A DNA stretch of 64,000 bases from contig CP089276.1 of assembly GCA_023920165.1 (NCBI GenBank), positions 1,302,001 through 1,366,000 on the forward strand, read 5' to 3'. How positions within the stretch are numbered: the stretch's first letter is position 1; each line of letters starts with the position of its first letter. The notes below the pieces were generated by a model that was not told the DNA's origin, did not search any database, and saw only the letters and a list, made by a program, of their open reading frames with translations. The DNA comes from Curvularia clavata. Its lineage: Eukaryota. The position numbers and the translations under genes were made by a program. This document shows positions 11,497 to 24,160 of this stretch, piece after piece.

Positions 11497-12015
11497 CTTG
11501 TCACTATACGCAAAACGCTGTTTTTTTCGAAAAGCGCAAAACACAATCAAAACTCAACAAGCAGAGAAGAAAAGAAAATATTCAGGATAAATTCAAACAT
11601 GTCATGAAGACGACATTCATCGAGTAATCTACTTCCCTGGAAAGCCTAGATTGTGCCATTGTCGCATATCCACGGGGCGCGGAGATGCGATACGGTGCAG
11701 ACAGTGTGGCAGGGGAGCTTCTTATCTGAAGCCCTTATCGGGGCGCATGTGTAAGGTGTTTGGCTTCGAATTCCGCGGGGGTAAAGCTCTCAGTGGGGCA
11801 AGGCACAGAATATTGGCTTGGCGGAAAATGAGAAGAATGAGAGGCGAAATACGATATATACATGTTGGATATTCTGAGCACTTGGGCTCCGCGGTACAAT
11901 ATGTTGTACTCCGTCTAACATAGGACCTCGTCTAATACCTGCATGCTCAACGCCTCTCAGACTCCCGTCAGGCAAAATACACCAACACCTTCAATGCATC
12001 TACAAGATATGCATT

Positions 12016-12668
12016 CTAAGCTTTCTTCGCTTTGTCTTCCTCCTGGCCCTTCCTGAGCTCCTCTCGCGGGGGCAAAACATTGGGCCCAAAGCTCAATGGC
12101 AACAACTCGCCCATTGTGCGAACAATCCACTTGCCCTCCTTGTTGAACATGAATATAGGAGTATCTAGCTCCAAGAACTCTCGCAGAAATTGGCGACACA
12201 TTCCGCATGGCGAGCAGAAATCGACAATGTCTGTGGTTACGCCAACGGCCTTGAAGGATCCCAAGCGATGGCCCGCCAGGACAGCCGTACCCATTGCGAC
12301 GCGCTCGGCGCAGGTACCGACGGGATACGATGCATTTTCTACGTTCGCGCCGATAATAACGTGGGTTGCGGAGGGAGCGGTCGGGCTCGAGGTGTTGAGC
12401 AGGAGGGAGGCGCCAACGCGGAAGAGAGAATATGGGCCTATTGCTTGTATCAGCATACAGCGCCATTATCTATCTCCATTTCCCTCTTTCACACATATAC
12501 ACCATGGCCTTAATTGTATCCAAATCACTTACAATAAGCTCTCTCGCGCGCATCAAAGCACTGCTCGCCCAGGATCTGCAACTCCTGGGCCGAGACGCCG
12601 TGGATCAAGCCATTCTCCTCTTGCACAGCTTCTCCGGGGCTGAATTTGGGTATCTGGGTTGAGGACAT
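12016..12668 (-). CDS. CDD1: Cytidine deaminase (185 aa, 2 exons)
   Basis: Exons 12668-12533 and 12437-12016 restore AYCPYSLFRVGA; zinc motifs GANVENASY, CAER, PCGMCRQ; LLPLSF. Confidence 0.95.
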
Positions 12669-13588
12669 GGCAAAGAAGAAAGGGAAAGGGGGGAAAGGAG
12701 GGGCGACGCGTCGCGCTGAGTGCTTTTGATGAGGGCCTGCATGACGTGGGGCCGAGGCTTGAACGCGGGGCTCCTATCCTAGTACAGCTGCTAGATAGAG
12801 CGGCAAGGCACGGTTCGGAGGACTCCGACGGACTTCTTTACTAGCACTGGTGTCTGGTACCATGTCAGCTGCTGTTTATTGCTCACGCGATCGTGTCAGT
12901 GCGCCAAATGGCCCTGAATGGTAAGTTGTTAACTCTGTGCTCCTATCAATGATTGCTGGGCTTCTCTATTGGAACTAGCATTTTGCCTGGGATATTACTA
13001 GGTACCGACAAAACCCGGTCTTCTTTTTTTGTGTCAAGTTCGGGCGTTGAGAAATGTCTTTGGTCTCATTGAGCTTTCAACTTTGACGTTCTTACAATCA
13101 TTAACTTGTGTGGGGGACCGGGGGGTTTGTTTTCGTACGCTGTTTTCCTGTGGACTCTTGTACATGCTTGATTAATGTGAGAAGTCAACATGTTTCATGT
13201 CCGCTGCAGTATCTACTCCCAACTACTTCTGAGTCATTAAAAGACGACAAATACCTCAAGTGTTGAGGTTCAAGACCTAGGCAATGGGTTCACTGCGTCG
13301 AATTGAAGACATCTACATTATCAAAACTCATCAAGCAAACTGGTTCAACCACGTTTTAGAGACGCATGTTCTCAATCTCAGATTTTGTTTAGAATTACTA
13401 AATCTTTGGCTTTGTGTATTGTATAGACTTGGGACATACCGTGCATGTTTCACATTGTAAGGCTTGGGACAAACCATCGATGTTCGTCCACAATGCACTC
13501 TGTGTATACGCTGCGCACGCTCTTAAACTGATTTCTCGCTAGAAATATTTTCTGAAAAGTAATACCACTATTTTTCGAATAAACTCGG

Positions 13589-14995
13589 ATGCCAGAACCT
13601 CAGCAAGGAAGTAACACAACCCAATCAATAAACAAGGCCATGTCTGGCCATCTTGGCCCAAACAACAAAGTCAATGAATTTATTGACGAATCCACAGAAG
13701 AATTCTACGACGATGACAGTACCAAAGTGGAACATCCACTATCAGTGGGAGCTGGAGGCTGCCACAGCAGTGCCACTCCGTCCATGGACTTTCAACTATC
13801 AACCACCACATTCGAACAGGAGCCGTCCATACTGAAGAAAAACATCGCAGAAGCGATTCTCGACGGCTTCCCTGACTTTGATCCTGAAGACATGGAGATT
13901 GAGCGCATAGAAGGCGGAGCGTACAACCACATCGTCGGTATCACTCTCCGCAAAGTCCCACCCAAGTTCCACTGGTACACTTTCAAAGGCATGCGAAACA
14001 TCATGAAGCCATGCTTTGGAAGCCGAAAAGAGCCTGAGATCAAACCCAAGCACCTGATACTGCGAGTACCGCGCTTCGGCACACAAGACATATACCACCA
14101 AGTCACCACCCTAAACTACCTCAAGCACCGCCTCGCCTACCCAGTACCGGGAGTCGTCGTCATCGACTCTACTCCGCACAACAGTCTAGGCAATGCCTAC
14201 ATGCTGCAAGAGCGTCTTCCAGGGCAGCCCTTGGGTGAGCTTTGGGTGACACTGAACTACCCCCAGCGCCTCAGCAGCATGCGCGCCATCTCGAAGCTCC
14301 TCCTCGAGCTTCGCAAAGTCAGGAACAAATGCCCAGGTATCATCAGCATAAGGAACACCACCTACGACCTAAAACACGATCTCGTCCGTACAGAACCCAT
14401 CCCCATCCCCAGCTCCAGCCGTACTGCAGTAACAGCCAACCTCCCCGGTCCTCAGACCACAAAAGCGTTCCTCCTCGACCTGTGCTCCCGCCAGAGCGCC
14501 TATGCCAGCGCCGCCAACCTCCGCACTGGCGAGGACCTCTGGCCCCGAATCACCAAGATGATACATACTCTGCACAAGCTGGACCTCATACCTGACTCTG
14601 ACCCTTTCCACCTCTATCACAGCGACATGCTTCCTAGAAATCTCCTCATGGAAGTGACGTCCGACACCGAGGTTCGCATTACCGGAATCCTAGACTGGGA
14701 TTCTGCGCTATTTGCGCCCTCATTCATGAGTACGCGTGCTCCTTCCTTTGCATGGAGCGAGGGCGAGGACGAGAAGGATGCATTAGTGGAACCGCAGGAT
14801 GAGGTGTTGAGGAAGCTGAAGAAGGTGTTTGAGGGTGTCGTTGGAGAGACGTTCCTCAAGAGTGCGTATAGTGTGGAGTTGATGCTGGCGAGACGCTTGT
14901 GGGGGGTTTTGATCAAGGGTTTTGCATGTGGGGATGATGCGTGGATGGCAGAGGATGTACTGAATGAATTTGAGAGGATGTATCCGCCTGAGTGA
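13589..14995 (+). CDS. APH/choline-kinase-like phosphotransferase family protein
   Basis: GGAYN loop, ILRVP, AYMLQERLPG, Brenner-type HSDMLPRN and GILDWD. Confidence 0.8.
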   Translation: MPEPQQGSNTTQSINKAMSGHLGPNNKVNEFIDESTEEFYDDDSTKVEHPLSVGAGGCHSSATPSMDFQLSTTTFEQEPSILKKNIAEAILDGFPDFDPEDMEIERIEGGAYNHIVGITLRKVPPKFHWYTFKGMRNIMKPCFGSRKEPEIKPKHLILRVPRFGTQDIYHQVTTLNYLKHRLAYPVPGVVVIDSTPHNSLGNAYMLQERLPGQPLGELWVTLNYPQRLSSMRAISKLLLELRKVRNKCPGIISIRNTTYDLKHDLVRTEPIPIPSSSRTAVTANLPGPQTTKAFLLDLCSRQSAYASAANLRTGEDLWPRITKMIHTLHKLDLIPDSDPFHLYHSDMLPRNLLMEVTSDTEVRITGILDWDSALFAPSFMSTRAPSFAWSEGEDEKDALVEPQDEVLRKLKKVFEGVVGETFLKSAYSVELMLARRLWGVLIKGFACGDDAWMAEDVLNEFERMYPPE

Positions 14996-15353
14996 AGAGA
15001 TGGGTTTGTTGTTTGTTCTTTTTTTTTTTGTGGTCTTTGAGAGACGTCATCTGAACATAGAAAAAAGGGTCCGTCTGCTTTTGATACTCGGATACTTTTT
15101 TGTTTATTTGTTTATTTCCAGCATCGTCATATGTTCTAAATGCTTTGTTAAATAGTTACTCCGACACACAATATAAATGCTCCGTTTTGAATCAAGCATT
15201 GCTTGCATCTTCTGCTTTCCGCCGGCCATTGTGAAAACATCACATCAACTCCAGCATCACTTCCACTTGCGTATGTGACACAAACAAACTAACTACGTGA
15301 AACCATCCCCATATCAAACCAAAATGGCATCTTTCTCATAACAACACCGCCTC

Positions 15354-16879
15354 TTACAATACCGCCCTCACACTCTCCTCCGTAGCTGCCTCGTCTCTCC
15401 TCCACTCCTCCATCTCCATCTCCCTCCACCTCCTCTCAACATCATCTTCACAAACATATGTCAATAGCCAACTTCCCACGCCTCCCCACCTCCACGCAAG
15501 CGGGTCGTCACCAACCCTCAACCCTCTTTCCTCATACTCCTCTCTGGTAATTTTTCCCTTGCCATTAAACTCGCCAAACGCACGCAGCAATTGATCCCGC
15601 TGCTCCTGAACCTGACCGTCATGGACATGGTAAAGATACTGCCGGCGGTTACCGCGCGAAACAACGCGCTCAGTGCGGTCACGCCGACACCGCTCGTATA
15701 CAGCCAGTGCCTTTTTCTTCTCAACTGAAGATTTACTCTTGACTCGCGCAAGGCATAGACCCAGCACGTGTCCGTCTTCCAGGGACATACCCGCGCCCGA
15801 AGCGAGATAAGGTAGCGTGGCGTGAGCGGCATCTCCGAGAATTGTGTACGCACTCGATGGATCTGACCATGTGGGGTCAAGGCCCGGGCGGATCATGAGA
15901 CGCCATTTGGAGACGGACTGGCAGAGGGCGAGTAGCTTGGGTATCCTTGGGTCCCAGTCCTTGTAGAGCGCTCTCATTTCTTGTACATTACCGGCGAGAG
16001 TGTTTGCACCTGCGGGCATGTCGTCGGGTACAAGGAGGACCATGTTGAAGAGTTTTCCACCGCGGAGCACGTAGTTGACTGCGTGGGCGTCCGGTCCTAT
16101 CCAGTAGTTGACTTGAGGATCTTCTACGAAGCCTCTTAGCTCAGGGTCCTTGAGCATGTCCTCCGTGCTGAGCAGAAGCCGGTATGCCAAATCGCCAGTG
16201 AGAAGCGGTGGATCCTTGCGGCCTAGTAATATCTCGCGACATTTTGAATTAATACCGTCTGCACCCACTACCAAGTCAGCTGAATATCTCGTGCCGTCTT
16301 GACACACGGCGATGGCCCTTGTAGTGTGGTTCCTTTCATCATCCTCGTACTCGACATCTACCACTCTCGCACTAGTAGTCACCCTAGCTCCCAACTCAAC
16401 GGCTCTTTCCAATAGGCCCCTGTGTAAATCTGCCCTGTGAAAGTCCCAGAACGGTGTACCGCATTCTTTCTCGTATTCGTAAAAATCCATGTCACTTATC
16501 TTGTTGCCCTTCCAACCCAGCATGTTACATAACCGTGGTATCGTCGCATGCTTCGCAAGGTACTCTTCAAGGCCCCAAGAGATGAGGACACGAGAAGAAT
16601 TAGGCAAACACTGGATTCCAGCACCAATTTCACCAATTTCCGATGCTGACTCGAGGACATGTACGTTATGACCGGCTAAAAGAATTGATATCGCGGCTCC
16701 GAGGCCACCTAGGCCAGCGCCGACAATAACGACCTGGGGATGTAAAATTAATCGCAAGTTCTTGGTGAGAGGAAATAAACAAACCCCGAGATTGGTTAAA
16801 CGAGACATCAACCTACATCCAGCTTACTCGCCTCATCTCGATGTTGCTGTTTGATGACCTGAGGTTTAGTCGGCGCCAT
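15354..16879 (-). CDS. Group A FAD-dependent monooxygenase, probable 6-hydroxynicotinate 3-monooxygenase (HxnX/NicC-like; 480 aa, 2 exons)
   Basis: Exons 16879-16817 and 16733-15354. GAGLGG, GADG and GDAAH..P..A.G flavin motifs; HAVNY (HxxxY as in NicC, not diagnostic alone). HxnX identity is inferred from cluster context. Confidence 0.8.
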
Positions 16880-17263
16880 GATGTCACACCTCACTCGCTG
16901 CTAGGTGATATGCTAACAGCAGCAAACAATCCAAATCGATGTTGAACAAAGATAATACATGTACATGAATGTGTAGAAAAGGGTTGCGAGGCTGATCAAA
17001 CTAACAGAGCATACATAATCCAAGATTCCAACCAAGCGTTGTCAGCTGGCAGCATAGTTGTCGTCATACGCTTGCTCACCTACCTATCGAGGGTCAATGC
17101 GTGTGACGACCACAGTAGCTCAACAGACGCATGAGGTTCAAGCTAGATAAGCTCCGCAAGTTTATTTGCTTTTGTAACGTTGCGCCCAGCGAGGACGAAT
17201 AGCTCGATTGGCGGAGGCCACTGGTGGAGCTGCATGTAGGGAAGGCTAATGTTGCCGCCGATG

Positions 17264-17274
17264 CAAGAGTGGGG
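17264..17274 (+). promoter_or_regulatory. Candidate cluster operator CAAGAGTGGGG (copy 1, upstream of FAD monooxygenase)
   Basis: Exact 11-mer also at 21435-21445 and, reverse-complemented, at 28966-28976. Confidence 0.55.
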
Positions 17275-17665
17275 GAGCCGTGAAGATGAATGTGGGAAGC
17301 TGGCGCATGACGGGCGTGAGGGGTATGCACCTACCCCACCCCGATAGGTTCCGGGTCCCGATGCTGATGCGGAAGTACAAGCAGCATATCATTGGAGAAG
17401 GCCTCGGTATATGAAGATAAGCTACAACGTGCCGATTAGGATGCGATCAAGGAAAGGAACAAAGATACTGTTCCTGTCTGGGATGAGATGGATGATAAGA
17501 AGTCTCGCACTAGCACTGGTCCTGTAAGACAATAGTCACGTGACATGTACTTTCACGTCTCGAAGCTCTCTTCAAGTGCGTTTCTGTCAATCCTTGATAT
17601 CACAATTTGAATAACAGAGACTCTAACTATTAAACTAATATATATCAAGGTAGTCATGCAAATGA

Positions 17666-18855
17666 TCATTCTGGCATGGGGCCGTTGTAATCGATCAAGG
17701 AGTACGCCTTGCCTTCCTTCTGCAGCTTCAGAATCTGCCCGCGTGGTGCAGGCATCATTGCTCCCTCTGGGACTTTATTGTTCTTTTTGAATTCATCCGC
17801 CATCTGTTCCATCGTCACCCACTCTACACCCTCGTGCTTGTTGATATGTTCGATGATCCTATTATTCTGGTTAGCAAACTGCTTGTCATGGTGTTATATG
17901 CACTCGCTATACCTCTCATGCATGAGCAAGACATGCGGTCTGCCGGACACATCAGGATGGATTGTCATTGGGAAAACAAACTCGTCGTACTCCCTGTAGA
18001 AGTAGTCAAAGTGGTCCATCCATATCTGCTCGACATCTCTCGGGTTCACCCAGCCATGACTATTTGGACTCTTCTTCATGAACATCATGGGAGGCAGGTC
18101 ATCTATGTACCAGGAACCTGGGATTTCCACGAGCCCAGTTTCTTTTCCTTTCACAAGCGGTTTCATCCACTCCTCCGCCTTCTTGGAATAGTCGATCTTT
18201 GTCCATTCATCGCCGGTACGCAGCCAGTAGCAGCGATGATCCTCATGTGACATCGAGTGGTCGTATTCAATGCCGTAGGAAAGCAGCAGTTCAACCCCTT
18301 CCTTTGAGGTCTCCCACCAGGGAGCTACCGATCCTCGTGGTGGTTTACCACGACAGAAAGCGGTAAGCTGTTTATACGTCTTGTCTAGGACGTCGCGCTG
18401 CTGCTCGAATGTCATGTCGGTCGGGTTCTCGTGGGAGTAGCCATGGAGTCCAATCTCATGGCCTGCATCCCGAACGGCGGCGCAGTCTTCGGGAAATGTG
18501 TCGAGAGAGTGACCAGGCTTTGCAGGTCAGAAACGACTGTGTTGCCAACATGAAATGTGCTTACAATGAACCATGTGGCTTTGATGTTGTATTTGTCGAA
18601 CAATTTCAGTAGACGTTGGGTTCCTACTGTACCAGCCCAGAGACCTGCAGCAAGTCAGTCGCGAATAAATTCACGGTGCCTAGAGCGTTTCCCACCTCTG
18701 CTGATATCGCTCGTCGAGTCTTCCCCACCGTATGAACCAAGCCAGCCAGCGACAGCCTGCGCCGACCATGATCAACAATGTTCCCCTCGTTTGAGTCGTA
18801 GCAGTCTTACATCGATATCAACACCATAACTAACAAGTACTCGTTTCTTGCCCAT
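17666..18855 (-). CDS. hxnM: Polysaccharide-deacetylase-fold (CE4) C-N hydrolase, HxnM-like cyclic imide hydrolase (327 aa, 5 exons)
   Basis: Exons 18855-18811, 18756-18696, 18644-18565, 18517-17913, 17858-17666 splice in frame: [29 protein letters not shown]...[12 protein letters not shown]...[13 protein letters not shown]...PWWE...IDDLPPMMF...HPDVSGRPH. Confidence 0.85.
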
Positions 18856-19278
18856 CGTGTTCGTCCCTCAGCAGTGACAATGGCCACAACACAGAGAAGG
18901 TGGAGGAAATGGAAGCAAGCATTAGAGGTCGAGGCGGAACCTGATCAAAGGCAAGATAACACGGGTGCATAGCTTGCGATAGCTGGTGCAACTACCCCGC
19001 TCATCGGAACTCGTGGTGCAGCATCACTTTCCGAGCGGAGCTGATTGCTCGATTGGAAGGTGGGGGGCCGCAATCGTTGCGCGTGCCCATTGCCTTATCA
19101 CCATACCGTCGCGTCGTCACGTTTTCACGCTCTCACGTGTTCACGCGCGTCGTCATTTTTAGCATTGCACAACGTCACCGACGACATCTTCAGACTCGGC
19201 ATATCATCGGTGAAACCCAACTTAATATGTGCAAGGCCACCTGTCAGCCAAAGTGTCGGAAAACTATCTCCGTACGTA

Positions 19279-21236
19279 TCACTGTCCGTTGACTATTTTG
19301 TCAATTGCATAAGCAGCACCGAGTACCTTCTCTTCTTGTAATCGGCGTGCTACCACCTGGACACCTATCGGCATACCATCCATTGACGCCAAATCAAACG
19401 TCTTCCAATTCCATTCGTCCAAAGGATTTCTAGGATTGTATTCGCCCATGGCCTGTGCGGCCTCTGCATCGGCCGCTTTTGAGACGTGACCACCAGGCAG
19501 CACAACCGCTGGGTAGTCGACAAAATTGAAAACCTTTGTGTACCCAACCCAGCGGCATTTACCGTGGGGCACTGCAGAGTGCGGCATTATAGGTGTGAGC
19601 AGGATATCGACAGGTTTGCCGCTGGCTTCAGATACGGTCGAGTTCCAAAGGTCCAGATACCGCTTCTGCAGTTTCAATTTCTCCTTGTTGAGCTGCCAGT
19701 AGTTGTATACTGAAATTGGCTGTCCCTTGTTCACGAGAGCTTCCACATGTGGTATGAAGGGCTCTCCGCAGGCTTCCACGTCGCGCCGAATATCTTCACC
19801 GCCATCAGCCGTGTAGTATTGGTCCTGCGTCATGTTACGTTTGAGTCAGGCAAAGAAGCTCGGTAGTTGACTTACCATAACATCTATGCATTCCTGATGC
19901 AGGCTGCCTGGTGACCACGGTATAATTTCATGTCCAGCCTTTTGCAACTTACTAGCTACTTGGTCCAATACTCGCAAAACGGGTGGATGGCATCTTACTA
20001 CACCATCGTCTCGCATAACTGCGATCACCAACGGCCTGGACAGCGCATCTTGGTAAACTGCAGATCGCCAAGGAACTGGGCAGCATTTGGGGTCCTGGTC
20101 CCAGGGATTTGCGTCGATCACTGCCTTGGTGACTGTGACCAGGGACTCCATGTTTCGTGTCATCGGTCCTATGACGGAGGGTACGTGCTCTTGACCGTCG
20201 GTTGACACGGAGACACCTTGGTACGGCAGACGCGTACTGCTGGGCTTCAACCCATACACCCCATTCATATGAGATGGGATCCTTATGCTGCCTCCAATAT
20301 CGGTGCCCCATCCAACTACCGTACCTTGCAGTGACAGAAGCGTGGCTTCTCCACCAGTAGACCCCCCGGGTGTGAACTCCGGATTCTTGGGATGGACGGT
20401 ACGACCCCACAATGGGTTGTCTGTTTCGCACCACTGCGAACCTCAGTTATACATTCTGGCCTGGGTGCAGTGTGTAGAAACAGTCATCTTTCCACATACC
20501 ATGATACTTTGTGGTAAATTAGACTTTGCAACGATGACGGCACCCATGTCCCTCAATAAAGAAACCAGAACGCAGTCTTCTTTCGCAGGCTTGAAGGCTC
20601 GTCCTACATATCCCAAGGTGCTGTCATATCCCTGGACATCGAATTGGTCTTTGAGGGTCATCGGTACTCCATGAAGAGGCCCCACAAGCCGACCATTCTC
20701 TTTGAAGAAGGTATCGAGTTCCTTAGCGCGTTTGAGAGCATCTTCAAAAAGTATCTCAGTCAAGCTGCATCTGTCAGCAAAAAGGCACGTTGGGTTCAGA
20801 TCCAAGCACGTGCCAGTTTACCTACGCCTGTTAGCGGAACTTGGGATCGAAGCCGGACCAAAACGGCGGGCCGTACATGGTTTTGAGCGTTTATAGCGCT
20901 GGGAAAAGGTGGCGTGAGAATGGTTCGATAAGTCATGGCTCACAATCCTTACCGGTTGATATAGGCAAGCAGCAGCTGCGTTGCCGTCACGGTATGAGAG
21001 GAGATGGCTTTCGAAACCCCTTCAACGCTATTAATCATGGTCGTCAAGTGCACGCTGTCCTCCGCACTGGCGATCGACTGTACGTAGTCGTCAGCTTAGG
21101 CTACATTGATGTGGGTTCGCGGATGTACCTCGGATGGGGACGTTTCAGCGGCCGCAAATCTCTGGATGGCCTCATCGCGCAGCTTTTGCTTTTTGGTGGC
21201 TGTCTGCCGCCATAGGGGTGTGCTGGATGGCGTCAT
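19279..21236 (-). CDS. hxnN: Amidase-signature family amidase, HxnN-like (560 aa, 6 exons incl. 8-nt microexon)
   Basis: Exons 21236-20953, 20898-20877, 20821-20814, 20764-20500, 20433-19876, 19824-19279. Catalytic triad motifs PMTLKDQ, GGSTGGE, GTDIGGSIRIP. Gene symbol from context. Confidence 0.8.
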
Positions 21237-21434
21237 GCTAGTGATACGTATGAAGACAGTGGAAGCTGGTGGGGGAAGAGCGTGGCGTTAAACGATGTAC
21301 GGGAGCATCCTCAAGAACCCCAACCACCACGTGGATGCAATATCATGACTTGTTCCCGACAGCTAGTTGCCGTATCTCGGTACTTTGTCGGCCTTCCATG
21401 CCCTTGATGGTGTTGGCATGGGCAGCGAGGGTAT

Positions 21435-21445
21435 CAAGAGTGGGG
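21435..21445 (+). promoter_or_regulatory. Candidate cluster operator CAAGAGTGGGG (copy 2, divergent amidase/monooxygenase promoter)
   Basis: Exact 11-mer; 12-nt identity (CAAGAGTGGGGG) with copy 1. Confidence 0.55.
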
Positions 21446-21757
21446 GCGCGCCGCCGCAGGGATGCCGACAAGGACGGCACGGCACTCTCGGACAGCAAGA
21501 TGACCGCGGCAGCCTGCATACATTTGTTCCGACCCCTTGTGTCACATCACCCCATTGCGGACAGCAATTTTCGCAGCTACCAGCACAATGACGCGCTATG
21601 GACGGGTCAATGAGACTCTTCCGTGGTTTGAAAATGGGCGCATGTTCGACAGACAATCGAACGCTGCCCCTCAATCCTTCTCGACACCCCGTGCCGGAAC
21701 CCCCATCTTTGATTTAGCGGCCGGCCCTCTTAACGGCCGCCTGACTACATACCTAGC

Positions 21758-23815
21758 ATGGCGCCCTCACTATGGACTCGCATGAAGCGCTCAACATCTA
21801 ATAGCCCACCGACGTCAGTCCGCGAGAAGATGACGCCTGGCATTACCACTATTTCCGACACCGACTCGCGTTCTACTGGTAGCAGTTTGGAAACTACACC
21901 GTCTGTGCCCTACACCAGAGAGGAAGATTACTCTAGCTTCATGAGTGATGTCATGGTCGTTGGCGCAGGGCCTGCGGGTCTCATGCTTGCGTGAGTGTTG
22001 GCATATGAATCTACAGGCGCCATCTGACAAGAAAACAGAGACAACTTGGTGCGATACGGAATCAAGACGAGAATCATCGATGACCGTCCCAACCGCACAG
22101 CAGCGGGCCGCGCCGACGGGCTTCAACCGAAGACAATTGAGACGCTACGGCAGATGCGACTCGCTGAGCCTTTACTACGGAAAGGTGTGAAAATTTACGA
22201 CATTGCCTTTTGGAAGTCGACGCCCGAAAAGTCCCTATACCGGACTGGCCGCGAGATTCACTACCCGCCAGTTGTTGATCTCCTCGACCCGCACCTGTTG
22301 TTAGTCCATCAGGGTATGGTTGAAGGTGTACTGGAGGACGATTTGAGAGAAAGAGGTGTCTTTGTTGCCAGGAATACTGCGTTCATCGATTTCAAGTACA
22401 CGCCAATGTCCATCCGTCCTTTGACCGTGAACTGCCAGCAGGATGTCAACCGCGCGAAGAAAACCTTCAACACAAGATATATCGTGGGATGTGATGGTGC
22501 GCATTCCAAGGTTCGCAAGTGCATACAGGGCGCCAATCTTGTAGGATCATCAACCGATGCTGTTTGGGGTGTCATAGATGGTGTCCTTGACACTGACTTT
22601 CCGGATATCTGGAGCAAGGTAGTCATCCAGTCAGATGCACTTGGTTCTGTGCTCATGATTCCCCGTGAAAGGGGCCTGACTCGACTGTATATCGAGCTGC
22701 GTCCAGACGCGACTGATGCAATCGGTACTCAACAGGCCACACAAGAATTTGTGCAAAAGCGCGCTCAAGCTATATTGCGTCCATACAGACTAGAGTGGAA
22801 AAGCGTCGAGTGGGTTGGGCGTTACAAGGTCGGACAGCGTGTAGCAGCGCGTTTCACTGATGATGACCAACAGGTCTTTATTGCAGGTGATGCTAGCCAC
22901 ACCCATTCTCCCAAAGCAGCCCAAGGAATGAACACATCAATGCACGATGCATGGAATCTTGCCTGGAAGCTCAACTTCGCTATACGCGGTCTGGCGAAGC
23001 CTTCACTACTCCAGTCCTATGAGCAGGAACGGCAGAAAATTGCGAAGGACTTGATTGATTTCGATTACGAGCATGCGCAGGCTTTCCACCAAGGCGATCC
23101 CGCAGCACTTGCAGCAAATTTCGCCAAGAATGTCGCCTTCATCTCCGGTTACGGCGTTAACTACGACCTGAACGCCCTCAACGTAAGATCGAAAGACTCC
23201 TCTCGCGGCAATCTGAAGCCTGGCTATTTGCTACCACCAGCAAAGGTAACTCGGTACATCGACGCCAACCCAGTGGACATCCAAACCGATATTCCCGCTC
23301 TTGGTCAATTCCGCATTTATTTCTTCACACACAACATCCGCAACTCGATGCCCTTTTTAGAAGCAGTCTGTCACGCACACCTGGGACAAAGCTCCTTCGT
23401 AGGCCGCGTGACCGCCGCCGGAAACGCTTCATACACTGTGCAACCACCTCTTGCAGCACCGCACGATGAATTCGTCATTCCTGAGCGATACACTCCTGTC
23501 AGCGGCGTCTTCACGTATGCTCTTGTGACAGATGAAAATAGAAACAACTTCGAACTCAGAGACCTACCTACAGCATTGCGCGAGTCAGCTTTCACACTGT
23601 ACCTCGACGACATTCCAGAAAAAGACACGCGCAAGCAGAGCTGCATGGACAAGTGGCTAGACGGCCTTGACAAAAACGAGGTCGTGGTTGTCAATGTGCG
23701 ACCAGATGGCTACGTTGGCACGTACCGCCGTTTTGTGGATGGAACGAGGGAGAGTGGTACTGCGGCTGTGCAGTGGATGGACGATTATTATGATCGGTTT
23801 ATGCAGGATACTTAG
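21758..23815 (+). CDS. hxnV: Phenol 2-monooxygenase-like flavoprotein, HxnV-like (2 exons)
   Basis: Exons 21758-21990 and 22039-23815 (GTGAGT..CTGAC..AG). DVMVVGAGPAGL, GRADGLQPKT, GCDGAHS, FIAGDASHTHSPKAAQGMN, thioredoxin-like tail VRPDGYVG. Exact start uncertain; symbol from context. Confidence 0.8.
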
Positions 23816-24160
23816 AGCTCAGCTGTGAACATGTGCGTTTTTAGATTCATGACTTCTTGGCTTCCTTTCTATTCTCTAGACACGGCTTTCATAGGCCGTT
23901 TACGCAAAAGCGAGACTGGACATCTTTCCCTTATCTTTCTATTAGACACATACAACTTTGAAATACATATATTCTTATCTTTTTGAACACATCGCACCTA
24001 CCATTGTACACTAGAAATTCATGTGGTAGACGTAAGAGCGAGCAATCAACACATTTCATTCTGTTTCCTTACCCAGGACCTAGCACTACACCTGATTCAA
24101 CAAAAAGTTTCAGATCCCCCCATTATTCAATTTCTCACAAATCAACCCTCAACGCCCTTC

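Noticed and set aside
17666..18855. Chitin/polysaccharide deacetylase acting with the Spherulin-4 gene in an exopolysaccharide cluster
   Set aside because: No signal peptide, no glycosyltransferase or epimerase nearby, and the context fits an intracellular HxnM-type hydrolase.
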